Below, one piece after another: positions 1-9,037 of a stretch of DNA of 64,000 nt. The DNA comes from Flavobacteriales bacterium. GTDB taxonomy: Bacteria; Bacteroidota; Bacteroidia; DT-38. The DNA lies in contig JABSPQ010000064.1 in assembly GCA_013214205.1 (NCBI GenBank), positions 6,371 through 70,370 of the forward strand, written 5' to 3'. The notes under the pieces are model-generated. The model ran no database searches. It saw only the letters and a list, made by a program, of their open reading frames with translations, and was not told the DNA's origin. Within the stretch, counting starts at the first letter, position 1, and the number at the start of each line of letters is the position of its first letter. The translations under genes and the position numbers were made by a program.

Positions 1-86
1 AGAAGTGTAAATTGGCAGTTCTTTTAATAGGAGAAGACCACCGAACCGCTTAATTTCACGGTCTACAATAACTAAACAATTTTGAG

Positions 87-923
87 ATGAATCAGTATGA
101 ACAAGTTGATATAAGCAAGTACCGTCCGTTTATTTTTATCGGATTGGCTGTAATTATTTTACTAATATTTGCGAGCAAAACCTTTATTATCCTAGAGCCT
201 ACAGAACGTGGCGTTGTATTTAAGCAGTATGGCGATGGATTGGATGTAGATAATGTATTGGGACAAGGACTTAACATTGTTGCGCCTTGGAACAAAGTAA
301 TCAGGTTTGATATTAAAGATCAGCAGATTGAAGAGCCAATGGATGTATTATCTAGAGATGGTCTTAAAATTGATATTGATGTTACACTTCGATTTTCTTT
401 AGTAGCGAGCGAAGTTGGACTTATTTACGAACAGTTTAAACAAGACTATGTGAGTGTAATGGTAGTTCCTCAATTGCGTTCTGCAGTAAGAGAGATTATT
501 GGTAAATACACACCCGAAGAATTGTACTCTGACAAAAGACAAGTAATTGCTGTAGAGATAGAGGCGATTATGGCTAGGGTTTTAAGTGAAAATCACCTGA
601 TTGAAAAATCATTGGTTATTAGATCAATTAAATTGCCTGTTTCTATTCAAAAATCTATTGAAGATAAGTTGATTGCAGATCAAGAAGCTCAAAAATACGA
701 ATATGTACTTGTTAAGAAAAAACAAGAAGCTGAAGGTAGAATTATTGATGCAAAAGGTAAAGCAGAAGCAAATAGAATTTTGAGCGCGAGTTTAACTCCT
801 AACTTACTTAGAGAAAAAGGAATTATTGCTACTCAAAAACTAGCAGAATCTAAAAACTCCAAAACAGTAATTATTGGAGCTGGTAAAGATGGTTTACCAT
901 TAATACTAGGAGGTGCTAATTAA
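87..923 (+). CDS. SPFH/band-7 (prohibitin/HflC-like) membrane protein
   Basis: 278-aa ORF with the standard SPFH layout: one N-terminal TM helix (PFIFIGLAVIILLIFA), a band-7 core, and a Glu/Lys-rich coiled-coil tail (EAQKYEYVLVKKKQEAEGRIIDAKGKAEANRIL). Confidence 0.85.
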   Translation: MNQYEQVDISKYRPFIFIGLAVIILLIFASKTFIILEPTERGVVFKQYGDGLDVDNVLGQGLNIVAPWNKVIRFDIKDQQIEEPMDVLSRDGLKIDIDVTLRFSLVASEVGLIYEQFKQDYVSVMVVPQLRSAVREIIGKYTPEELYSDKRQVIAVEIEAIMARVLSENHLIEKSLVIRSIKLPVSIQKSIEDKLIADQEAQKYEYVLVKKKQEAEGRIIDAKGKAEANRILSASLTPNLLREKGIIATQKLAESKNSKTVIIGAGKDGLPLILGGAN

Positions 924-1557
924 TAAGCAACTCAGTAAAAAGCAAAAAAAGTGGCTCTATACAGCGATAGCAATATCGTTGTTTGGGGTCATTTTGTTTT
1001 TAGTACATGTGCCCATATTACGAGGGGTAGGTGGCTGGTTAATTAGTGAAGATGCCAAAGGGGAACAAGCTGTACCGTTATTTGTATTAGGCGGCAACAG
1101 CTACGAAAGAGGCAAAGAAGCTGCCGGAATATACAAAGCCGGCTATGCCAATACTTTAATTTGCGTTGGAGGCAATGTGCCTCAAATTTTACTGGCGCTA
1201 AATATTAATAAAACAGAAGGTGAGGTAACTGAGATTTACGTAAAGGAATTGGGTGTGCCTAATTCTGCAGTAAAGCTAATAAATGAGTCATCGAGTACGA
1301 AGGAGGAATCAGAAGCCATTTTGAACTATTGCCGTGAAAACAACTATAAAAAGATTGCTATTCTTAGTTCTTTGTTTCACACTAGGCGGGTTGCCAGAAC
1401 TTTTAAAGATAAATTTGAAGCTGAAGGGATTCAGGTTTTAATTTGGGGAAGCGCCAATACCGATTACGATATTTTAGAGTGGTGGAAAAGCGAAGCAGGC
1501 ATGGTAACATTATTTAATGAGTATGTTAAGCACCTTTACTACTTTTTGAAATATTAA
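913..1557 (+). CDS. DUF218 (YdcF/ElyC-like) membrane-anchored protein
   Basis: 214-aa ORF with a GTG start overlapping the upstream gene by 11 nt. TM helix (LYTAIAISLFGVILFLV) followed by a DUF218-type core (PLFVLGG...LICVGG...ILSSLFHTRRV). Confidence 0.7.
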   Translation: MLINKQLSKKQKKWLYTAIAISLFGVILFLVHVPILRGVGGWLISEDAKGEQAVPLFVLGGNSYERGKEAAGIYKAGYANTLICVGGNVPQILLALNINKTEGEVTEIYVKELGVPNSAVKLINESSSTKEESEAILNYCRENNYKKIAILSSLFHTRRVARTFKDKFEAEGIQVLIWGSANTDYDILEWWKSEAGMVTLFNEYVKHLYYFLKY

Positions 1558-1602
1558 TTTTTTGGCGTATCTTCGAACTATATCGGTAATAATAAGTATT
1601 TA

Positions 1603-1848
1603 TTGCCGTTGATTAATAAAACTACAGATTTGAAAAAGACATTTACAAATAAATTAATTATTCTAAGTATTGCTGCATTTGCAGGAATTGTTCTTTTATC
1701 AAGTTGCGGCAGTGGAGGTCCTGGAACCAAGGGGTATAACTATGCCAATCACAATAAAAGAAACGGCAAACACCACAAAAAGCATTCTAAATTACCTAAG
1801 TCGGATACTGGAATAGGATTTAATAATAGTTCTAAACACGGGCATTAA
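1603..1848 (+). CDS. small His/Lys-rich putative lipoprotein (no family recognised)
   Basis: 81-aa ORF with a lipoprotein-type signal (LSIAAFAGIVLLSSC) and a basic His/Lys/Asn-rich tail (NHNKRNGKHHKKHSK...SKHGH). A TTG at 1630 (MKKTFTNK...) is a more natural start than 1603. Confidence 0.4.
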   Translation: MPLINKTTDLKKTFTNKLIILSIAAFAGIVLLSSCGSGGPGTKGYNYANHNKRNGKHHKKHSKLPKSDTGIGFNNSSKHGH

Positions 1849-1883
1849 AAAATGCTTTTCCCCCAATGAATTCGGGGAGTACT

Positions 1884-4106
1884 TTATTCTAGTGCTACAA
1901 ATTTCAACGTCTTTACTTCTCTATTCGTTTTTACCCTAGCAAGTAATAATGTGTTTTTAATAGAACTCACTTCAATCGTTATTATTTTGGGTTTATCGTC
2001 GTAAGTTTCACTTCCCATAAACTGACCAAGTAGGGTGTATATCTCAATAGACTCAATATATTCATCTTGGCTTACAAAAGCTTTTACAAAATTAGAATTG
2101 CCATGAACCAGTAAAGTTGTTTCGTGTCTGTTGTAATCAAAACATATAGTGGTATCCCAGCTTGCTTCTTCAAATTCATTGTCTAAGCCTATTAAATCTC
2201 CATTGCTAGCCACCAACGAATAATATCCATCACCATATTCGCAACACAAACCATCGCCTCTATAATCGTTTATTACAAAAGTGTAGCATCCTTTGCCATA
2301 ACATAAGTTTTCTTTGTAAATCGTGTTGTTGTCGTAGTTTGTACCGCTATAAACAATAACATTGTTTTCATCTTTAAGATACCAGCTGGTTTCGTCGCCA
2401 TAATTATCTGTTTTAAAATTTAGTGTAAAGTATCCAGCCGAATCAATGGCAACAAACGAAGCGTTTAAAACGTCGTTTAGGGTATCGTCATCAATTCCTC
2501 CATTTGGATACCGTGAAGTAACTGTAAGGTTTTGTACGCCATTATTAACAACGAATGTAGGCAATGGGATTTCTGTAGTTTCGGAACTTAACAAGCTTCC
2601 TGTCCACATAACGGAGCCACTTTGCCCACCATTTAAATCGTAATCTAACTGTACAGATGCAAGGGTAGTTAAACCCTGGTTTCGCAGTATTACAACGTAA
2701 TCGGCCCTAGTTTTGCACATTCTATTCGGGTTGGCATCTCTTGCGGAAATAGGCTTAGCATCAAGATTGTTTATTATTCTATTTGGATCATATCTATCTA
2801 TCGACATCGTATTGGTAGAATTTGGGTCGAGCCATGCCTTAAGTTGAGAACCACTAGTGCCACTTCCAGACCATGAGGTCGAAAAATCGCCATAGTAGTC
2901 GGGTTCATTAGGTTTATTGCATGCAGCATTACCTCCATAAAGCTGTCCAACAACTTGATGTTGTTGGTTAAATAATGGAGAGCCAGATGATCCTATTTCT
3001 GTAGTTCCTAAATCCCATACAACTTCCACGGAAGCTATTCCTTTTTGAGATACTAAATCTGCATTACTGTAGGATAAACTTATTTTCTTAACATCACCCT
3101 GTGGATGGTGAATCCCAACCAATGAGTCCGTTGGCGTATTTCTCGACCATCCAGCATATTGAACTTCATAGTCATCAGGAGGCAATGTATCTAAAAGGAG
3201 TAGGGCAAAATCGGTATTTAATCCCTCGGCCAATACAGTAGAACCAAGAACAGACTGTGACGTAGGGCCTTCTTTATTTACATCACAGTCGGGGCTGTTA
3301 TAGTTAAATCTATAGATCCAAAGGTTTTCACTACCATTTAAACAATGCTCTGCTGTTAGAAAATAGGGCTTCTTATCCTCGTTAACATTGTTTATTAAAG
3401 TACCCGTACAGAATCCCTTAGAACCAACCAAGATTAGCGCTACTGCCGATGCTTCTTTTACCCATTCATCACCTTCTTCGCACACAACGTTTACATGGCA
3501 ATCATCTGAATCTCCTAATGCTTTGGTAAGACTTTTCATATCAACGTATCCATGCACTACTTTACTCACATTAATAGCGCCTTCTCCAGCAACATCAGCC
3601 GGTTCAAAATATTCAAGCACAATGGCTTCCCCCGAAAGTAAATCTGTTGCAAACTTGCTGTCTTTCCTGTTACTCTTGGAAGTAAAGGAACCTAAATACG
3701 CTGTTTTGTCTTTGTTGTAGATGAAAAATTGACCACCATCTGGAATGAAAAAGTCATCGAATACTAAATTAATAGAGTAGGCGCCATCCGATTGAATTCC
3801 AGTTCGCCATATTCTGTCACCATTTTTTAGGGTTTCCCAATTACCGCTGTTGAAAAGATTGATTTCAGTCTCAATAATTTCACCAAATACCATTGGTCCA
3901 ACCTTGTTGTTTGCCTTTTTGTGTTGTTTAACAGCCACGGTATCTATCGAAGGCATTTGCACATAGTCGATACCAAGGTTTTTTGAAGTATTATAACCAC
4001 GAGGTTGTCCGCCATACGAAATCTGCGCATTTGATTCCAGATTACTTGTAAAAAGCAATGCCCCAGCAAGTAGGATTCTTGAGATATGTTTTAAACCTGT
4101 TTTCAA
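1884..4106 (-). CDS. T9SS-secreted trypsin-fold serine protease, lysyl-endopeptidase-like, multidomain
   Basis: 740 aa with a signal peptide (ILLAGALLFTSNLESNAQ). S1 catalytic motifs FCTGTLINN...YFLTAEHC (His) and GSSGSPLF (Ser) resemble Achromobacter protease I-type lysyl endopeptidases. Also carries a Cys-rich module (CYGKGCYTFVINDYRGDGLCCEYGDGYY) and a C-terminal beta-rich T9SS sorting domain (IEIYTLLGQF...VKTLKFVALE). Confidence 0.8.
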   Translation of the reverse strand: MKTGLKHISRILLAGALLFTSNLESNAQISYGGQPRGYNTSKNLGIDYVQMPSIDTVAVKQHKKANNKVGPMVFGEIIETEINLFNSGNWETLKNGDRIWRTGIQSDGAYSINLVFDDFFIPDGGQFFIYNKDKTAYLGSFTSKSNRKDSKFATDLLSGEAIVLEYFEPADVAGEGAINVSKVVHGYVDMKSLTKALGDSDDCHVNVVCEEGDEWVKEASAVALILVGSKGFCTGTLINNVNEDKKPYFLTAEHCLNGSENLWIYRFNYNSPDCDVNKEGPTSQSVLGSTVLAEGLNTDFALLLLDTLPPDDYEVQYAGWSRNTPTDSLVGIHHPQGDVKKISLSYSNADLVSQKGIASVEVVWDLGTTEIGSSGSPLFNQQHQVVGQLYGGNAACNKPNEPDYYGDFSTSWSGSGTSGSQLKAWLDPNSTNTMSIDRYDPNRIINNLDAKPISARDANPNRMCKTRADYVVILRNQGLTTLASVQLDYDLNGGQSGSVMWTGSLLSSETTEIPLPTFVVNNGVQNLTVTSRYPNGGIDDDTLNDVLNASFVAIDSAGYFTLNFKTDNYGDETSWYLKDENNVIVYSGTNYDNNTIYKENLCYGKGCYTFVINDYRGDGLCCEYGDGYYSLVASNGDLIGLDNEFEEASWDTTICFDYNRHETTLLVHGNSNFVKAFVSQDEYIESIEIYTLLGQFMGSETYDDKPKIITIEVSSIKNTLLLARVKTNREVKTLKFVALE

Positions 4107-4167
4107 TTATGATTTATTGCAGCTAAGTTAACGTTTATTGTGAGTTAGTATTTTATTGAATGAAAAA

Positions 4168-6186
4168 TTAAGCTAATAATTCCTCCAACTTAAACATTTC
4201 GTCCCTCAATCGAGCGGCTTCTATAAAATCACTTTCTTTGGCTGCTTTTTGCATGGATCGCTTAACAGTGGCAATGTTCGATTTTAAATCATCATTCGTC
4301 ATGTACTTAACAACAGGGTCTGCAGCAATATTAAATTCTTCTGGCTCTACATAATACCTGGCGTCACGTTTCGATTTCCATTCCAACACACCTGTTTGGC
4401 CAATAATTTCGTTGCGAGACTTACGAATTGCCCTTGGAACCATATTGTTTTCGAGGTTGTATGCTACTTGCTTTTCTCGACGCCTATCGGTTTCATCCAT
4501 TGTTTTCCTCATGGAATCGGTGATTTTATCGGCATAAAAAATCACCTTTCCATTAATGTTCCTCGCAGCACGTCCTGCTGTTTGTGTAAGCGAACGGTGA
4601 GACCTTAAAAAGCCTTCTTTGTCAGCATCAAGAATAGCAACCAGTGAAACTTCTGGTAAATCTAATCCCTCTCTAAGTAAATTAATCCCTATTAAAACAT
4701 CGAATGTGCCCAATCGGAACTCCCTCATAATCTCAATTCGTTCCAAAGTATCTATATCGGAATGGATGTAGCGACATTTAATATCTAAATTGAACAAGTA
4801 CTTGGTTAATTCCTCCGACATCCTTTTTGTTAAGGTGGTAATAAGCACTCTCTCGTCCACCTCAATTCGAGCTGCAATCTCCTCTAATAAGTTGTCTATC
4901 TGATCGGTACTAGGCCTTACCTCAATTGCAGGATCAAGCAAGCCTGTTGGTCTAATTACCTGTTCTACCACAACACCTTCAGATTCCTGAAGTTCGTAAT
5001 CGGCAGGGGTAGCACTTACATATATAATTTGATGGAGGATAGAATTAAACTCTTCGAACTTTAAAGGACGGTTATCCATTGCAGACGGCAATCTAAAGCC
5101 ATACTCAACCAAGTTTTGCTTTCGAGACCTGTCGCCACCGTACATGGCATGAATTTGAGAAATGGTAACATGACTTTCGTCAACAACCATCATAAAATCA
5201 TCGGGGAAATAATCTAACAAGCAAAATGGGCGAGTGTTGGCTTCGCGTTTATCGAAATATCTCGAATAGTTCTCAATGCCCGAGCAATAGCCCAATTCTC
5301 GCATCATCTCTAAATCATATTCCACTTTAGCCTGAAGCCGCTTTGCTTCAAAATGTTTGCCCACTTCTTTAAAATAGTCTACTTGGGCAACCATGTCTTC
5401 TTGTATTTCTTTAATCGCACCCTGTAAACTATCCTTATTTGTCATAAAAATAGTGGCGGGGTATATGGTAATTTCTTCTTTGTCTTCCGTTTTTTTATTG
5501 CTGATGAACTCAAAAGTCATTAGTTCTTCTATTTCGTCGCCGAAAAACACAATTCTGTAACAGTAGTCGGCATATCCAGGAAATACATCTACCACATCAC
5601 CTTTAACTCTAAAACTTCCACGACTCAACTCCATTTCTGTCCTAGAATACATGCTGGTTACCAAATCGTGAAGGAATCCGTTTCTGCTTACTTGCTGACC
5701 TACTTCCAGTGTAATCGTGTTTTCGTGAAAGTCTTTAGGGTTTCCAATACCATAGATACAGGATACAGACGAAATAACAATGAGGTCTTTTCTGCCCGAA
5801 AGCAAAGAAGAAGTAGTACTTAACCTGAGTTTCTCTATTTCTTCGTTGATAGATAAATCCTTTTCTATATAGGTGTCGGTAACGGGTAAATAGGCCTCAG
5901 GTTGATAGTAATCATAGTAAGAAACAAAGTACTCGACCGCATTGTTGGGGAAAAACTGCTTAAACTCTCCATACAATTGTGCAGCAAGGGTTTTGTTGTG
6001 ACTTAATATTAAAGTAGGTCGGCCAATCTGCTGAATAACATTAGCGATCGTGAATGTTTTCCCACTTCCGGTAACCCCTAAAAGCGTCTGAGACTTGGTT
6101 TTATCGTTTATACCCTGAACCAATTGTTTAATCGCTTCGGGCTGATCTCCCGTAGGTTCAAATTCCGATGTGATCTGAAAATCCAT
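4168..6186 (-). CDS. uvrB: excinuclease ABC subunit B
   Basis: 672 aa with Walker A GVTGSGKT, DExH box VVDESHVT, helicase C motifs, and a C-terminal UVR domain (FIEAARLRDEMFKLEELL). Confidence 0.97.
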   Translation of the reverse strand: MDFQITSEFEPTGDQPEAIKQLVQGINDKTKSQTLLGVTGSGKTFTIANVIQQIGRPTLILSHNKTLAAQLYGEFKQFFPNNAVEYFVSYYDYYQPEAYLPVTDTYIEKDLSINEEIEKLRLSTTSSLLSGRKDLIVISSVSCIYGIGNPKDFHENTITLEVGQQVSRNGFLHDLVTSMYSRTEMELSRGSFRVKGDVVDVFPGYADYCYRIVFFGDEIEELMTFEFISNKKTEDKEEITIYPATIFMTNKDSLQGAIKEIQEDMVAQVDYFKEVGKHFEAKRLQAKVEYDLEMMRELGYCSGIENYSRYFDKREANTRPFCLLDYFPDDFMMVVDESHVTISQIHAMYGGDRSRKQNLVEYGFRLPSAMDNRPLKFEEFNSILHQIIYVSATPADYELQESEGVVVEQVIRPTGLLDPAIEVRPSTDQIDNLLEEIAARIEVDERVLITTLTKRMSEELTKYLFNLDIKCRYIHSDIDTLERIEIMREFRLGTFDVLIGINLLREGLDLPEVSLVAILDADKEGFLRSHRSLTQTAGRAARNINGKVIFYADKITDSMRKTMDETDRRREKQVAYNLENNMVPRAIRKSRNEIIGQTGVLEWKSKRDARYYVEPEEFNIAADPVVKYMTNDDLKSNIATVKRSMQKAAKESDFIEAARLRDEMFKLEELLA

Positions 6187-6211
6187 GTGTTTTATTAATA
6201 CTTGTGCTTTT

Positions 6212-6219
6212 CAAAGATA
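6212..6219 (-). promoter_or_regulatory. candidate Bacteroidota sigma-A -7 box (TATCTTTG on minus strand)
   Basis: The plus strand reads CAAAGATA, which is TAnnTTTG on the minus strand, 25 nt upstream of the uvrB ATG. Confidence 0.4.
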
Positions 6220-6232
6220 ACTTAAAACTCGT

Positions 6233-6973
6233 TTATGAGTTCCAGATCTCCCAAGCTTTTTCGGCTTGCAAATGGAGCATTTTTAAGCCATTAATGGTTA
6301 CGGCACCATTTTGTTTCCCTTTTTTAAGAAACAAGGTTTCTAATGGGTTGTAAACCAAATCGAATAAAACATGCTGACTAGAGATCCCATCATAAGGAAT
6401 CGCCGGCGCTTGGTCTACATTGGGGCTCATACCAATAGGAGAGGAGTTGATGATAATTTGATGCTCTCTAACGAGATCTTCAGTTAAATCATCATAGCTC
6501 ATTATGCCTTCTTTTGCAGTTCTCGAAACGAATTGCATTTCAATATCCATTTTATTTAAAGCGAATTCAACTGCTTTAGATGCGCCACCAGTACCCAATA
6601 CCAATGCTTTTGCGTTTTCCTGAATGTGCGGTTTAATTGAATTCACAAACCCATAAACATCAGTATTGTATCCTTTAAGATGAGTTTTACCCTCTTTTCC
6701 TGAAACTACAATGGTGTTAACAGCACCAGCTTCTGTAGCAATGTCGTCCATTTCGTCTAAAAACTGAATTACATCTTGCTTGTAAGGTATGGTTACATTT
6801 AAGCCAACCAAGCCCTTTTGATTTTTAATTAAATCGGGAAACTCGTTGATGGATTCAAGATCGTGTAAATTGTATTGACAACCAGCAATGTTTTCCTTTT
6901 CGAATTTCTCAGTAAAGTATTTCTGTGAAAAAGAATGAGAGAGAGGATGGCCAATTAATCCGAAGTAACGCAT
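6233..6973 (-). CDS. aroE: shikimate dehydrogenase
   Basis: 246 aa with FGLIGHPLSHSFS and NVTIPYK substrate motifs and a Rossmann loop GTGGASKAV. Confidence 0.9.
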   Translation of the reverse strand: MRYFGLIGHPLSHSFSQKYFTEKFEKENIAGCQYNLHDLESINEFPDLIKNQKGLVGLNVTIPYKQDVIQFLDEMDDIATEAGAVNTIVVSGKEGKTHLKGYNTDVYGFVNSIKPHIQENAKALVLGTGGASKAVEFALNKMDIEMQFVSRTAKEGIMSYDDLTEDLVREHQIIINSSPIGMSPNVDQAPAIPYDGISSQHVLFDLVYNPLETLFLKKGKQNGAVTINGLKMLHLQAEKAWEIWNS

Positions 6974-6977
6974 GTTA

Positions 6978-7916
6978 TTAAGTTGTTTCGTTAGCAGAAA
7001 CTTTATCCATTAAATAAATAGTAGCAATACCGGCTATCATTAATGCAACTGCTATAATTACTTCTGTATTAAAGGATGCAGGAATAAACCATTCGTAAGT
7101 AGATTGAATGGGTTCACCTTTTTTAAGAATCAATTCACCAGCTTCGTCCATTAAGTAAACATCGTTTTTCCAAGGCCAAAGTATTAAAAGAGATCCTAGT
7201 ATAAATCCACTTAACAAAGAAATTGTTAGGTCTTTAAATTTGGCAAACAACCACGATAGCAGGTGAGAGAAGGTTAATATTCCTATAACACAACCAGTAC
7301 CAACAAGTGCTATAACCCGGAGGTTAATATGCGAAATGGCGTCTATGATTATCAATTGGTAGTTGCCTAGCAGAATTAATACATACGAACCTGAAAGACC
7401 CGGTAAAATCATGCTGCAAATAGCTACAACTCCACAAACAATTAAATATATGGCACCATCGTTTTCGGAGGCTGGTGTTAACAATGAGATCCACAATGCT
7501 ATTGCGGTGCCTATAATAAATATAGCAATATTGCCAATTGTGATTTTACTGATTGTTTTAGCCAGAAAATAAACCGACGCTAAAATAAGTCCGAAGAAAA
7601 ACGACCACAAATACAATTTATGATCAACCAAAAGAATTTCAAATAATTTGGCGAGTGTAACGATACTTAATGCAGACCCAATTCCAATTGCAGCTAAAAA
7701 AAGCAAATTGATTCGATCGGCAAAACCTTTAAAATCGCCTTTAAGAATTAGTTTAAGAGCAACTATGTCAATTGACTTTACAGAGTTTAATAATTTCTCG
7801 TAAATGCCAGTAATAACAGCTATAGTACCACCCGAAACACCAGGAATAATATTGGCTGCTCCCATAGCAAACCCTTTTAAGCCATTCGATAAGAAGGCCT
7901 TTAAGGTTGGATTCAT
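6978..7916 (-). CDS. DUF368 family polytopic membrane protein (PopT-like, undecaprenyl-phosphate recycling family)
   Basis: 312 aa with about 8 TM helices and the duplicated PGVSGGT / PGLSGS motifs characteristic of DUF368. Confidence 0.8.
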   Translation of the reverse strand: MNPTLKAFLSNGLKGFAMGAANIIPGVSGGTIAVITGIYEKLLNSVKSIDIVALKLILKGDFKGFADRINLLFLAAIGIGSALSIVTLAKLFEILLVDHKLYLWSFFFGLILASVYFLAKTISKITIGNIAIFIIGTAIALWISLLTPASENDGAIYLIVCGVVAICSMILPGLSGSYVLILLGNYQLIIIDAISHINLRVIALVGTGCVIGILTFSHLLSWLFAKFKDLTISLLSGFILGSLLILWPWKNDVYLMDEAGELILKKGEPIQSTYEWFIPASFNTEVIIAVALMIAGIATIYLMDKVSANETT

Positions 7917-7931
7917 GCTTGTTGTATTAAG

Positions 7932-8249
7932 TTAATAGGTAGGGAGGTCTAAATCGATCTCTTCTGCATAAGCCAATATGCCGCCTTCTAAATTGTACAA
8001 GTTGTCGAAACCACCAACTTCTTCTAATTGCATAATGGCTCGTTGTGATCTCATACCAGATTTACAATGAACGATTACAGGCTTGTCTTTCGAAACCTTT
8101 TCTGTAAAGTCCAAAATCTGACCTAAAGGCATTAATTCACCATCAATGTTTACATGGTCGAATTCGTTTGGCTCTCTAACATCAATTAATTGAAAGTCGT
8201 CGCCAGCATCCATTTTGGCTTTTAATTCTTGTTCAGTAATGCTTTTCAT
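7932..8249 (-). CDS. single-domain rhodanese (sulfurtransferase)
   Basis: 105 aa with the active-site loop CKSGMRS. Its ATG overlaps the stop of the upstream ComA-like gene (TAATG on the minus strand at 8247-8251). Confidence 0.85.
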   Translation of the reverse strand: MKSITEQELKAKMDAGDDFQLIDVREPNEFDHVNIDGELMPLGQILDFTEKVSKDKPVIVHCKSGMRSQRAIMQLEEVGGFDNLYNLEGGILAYAEEIDLDLPTY

Positions 8250-9034
8250 TATACCTCGTGCTCTTTTTGAATATCTTCAGGTAAGAAATCTAAGAAAGTA
8301 TCGCCTCTTAATCCCAAACGCAACGTTTCTAACGGAATCACTTCATTAACAGCGATGTTACCTAGATTAACATTGCTACCCAATAATTTTATGAAATAAA
8401 CTTGTTGTTCTTTCTTAGGTGCTTCCCAGATCACATGTTTTTGAGGCACGTTATCTAATATTTTATTCACCAACATGGTGTGCGCATTTCCACTCGATCT
8501 GAAAATACCAACGTTACCACCTTCTCTTGCTTCAGCAATTACTTTCCATGAACCTGCTTCTAATTCAGAATTCATCATCGAAATCCAAATACTTGGATGA
8601 ATAATTAACCCAGCTTCTTTAGAACCAACTTCCGAAACAACAGTTACTTGATCTGTTAGTTTGCGGATGTATTCTAATTTTTCATCATGAGGAAGAACAA
8701 TGGAACCATCAGAAACCTCAACACAATTAAGACCATAATCGTCTACCAGTTTTCGAAAATCGTCGAACTTACCTCTAGCAATAAAAGCTTCAAATAAAGT
8801 ACCGCCAACATAAACTTGCAAATCAGCAGCTTTGTATAGCTTAATTTTCTCTTTTAGGTTACTGGTGAGATAAGACGTCCCAAAACCGAGTTTTAACAAA
8901 TCGGTATAAGGTGCCGATACTTCTATAAAATCTTCTGCTTGTCGAAGACTTAATCCCTTGTCCATTACCATGGTTATGCCTTCTTGACGAGGGCGTTCAT
9001 TCCTCAAGGGTATGTGATCTAGTTCAAAATTCAT
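8249..9034 (-). CDS. phosphosulfolactate synthase (ComA/YitD family) homologue
   Basis: 261 aa. The pattern PRQEGITMVMDKGL...LKLGFGTS...VYVGGTLFE...VEVSDGSI matches the (2R)-phospho-3-sulfolactate synthase TIM-barrel family as I recall it. Confidence 0.7.
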   Translation of the reverse strand: MNFELDHIPLRNERPRQEGITMVMDKGLSLRQAEDFIEVSAPYTDLLKLGFGTSYLTSNLKEKIKLYKAADLQVYVGGTLFEAFIARGKFDDFRKLVDDYGLNCVEVSDGSIVLPHDEKLEYIRKLTDQVTVVSEVGSKEAGLIIHPSIWISMMNSELEAGSWKVIAEAREGGNVGIFRSSGNAHTMLVNKILDNVPQKHVIWEAPKKEQQVYFIKLLGSNVNLGNIAVNEVIPLETLRLGLRGDTFLDFLPEDIQKEHEV

Positions 9035-9037
9035 TTG

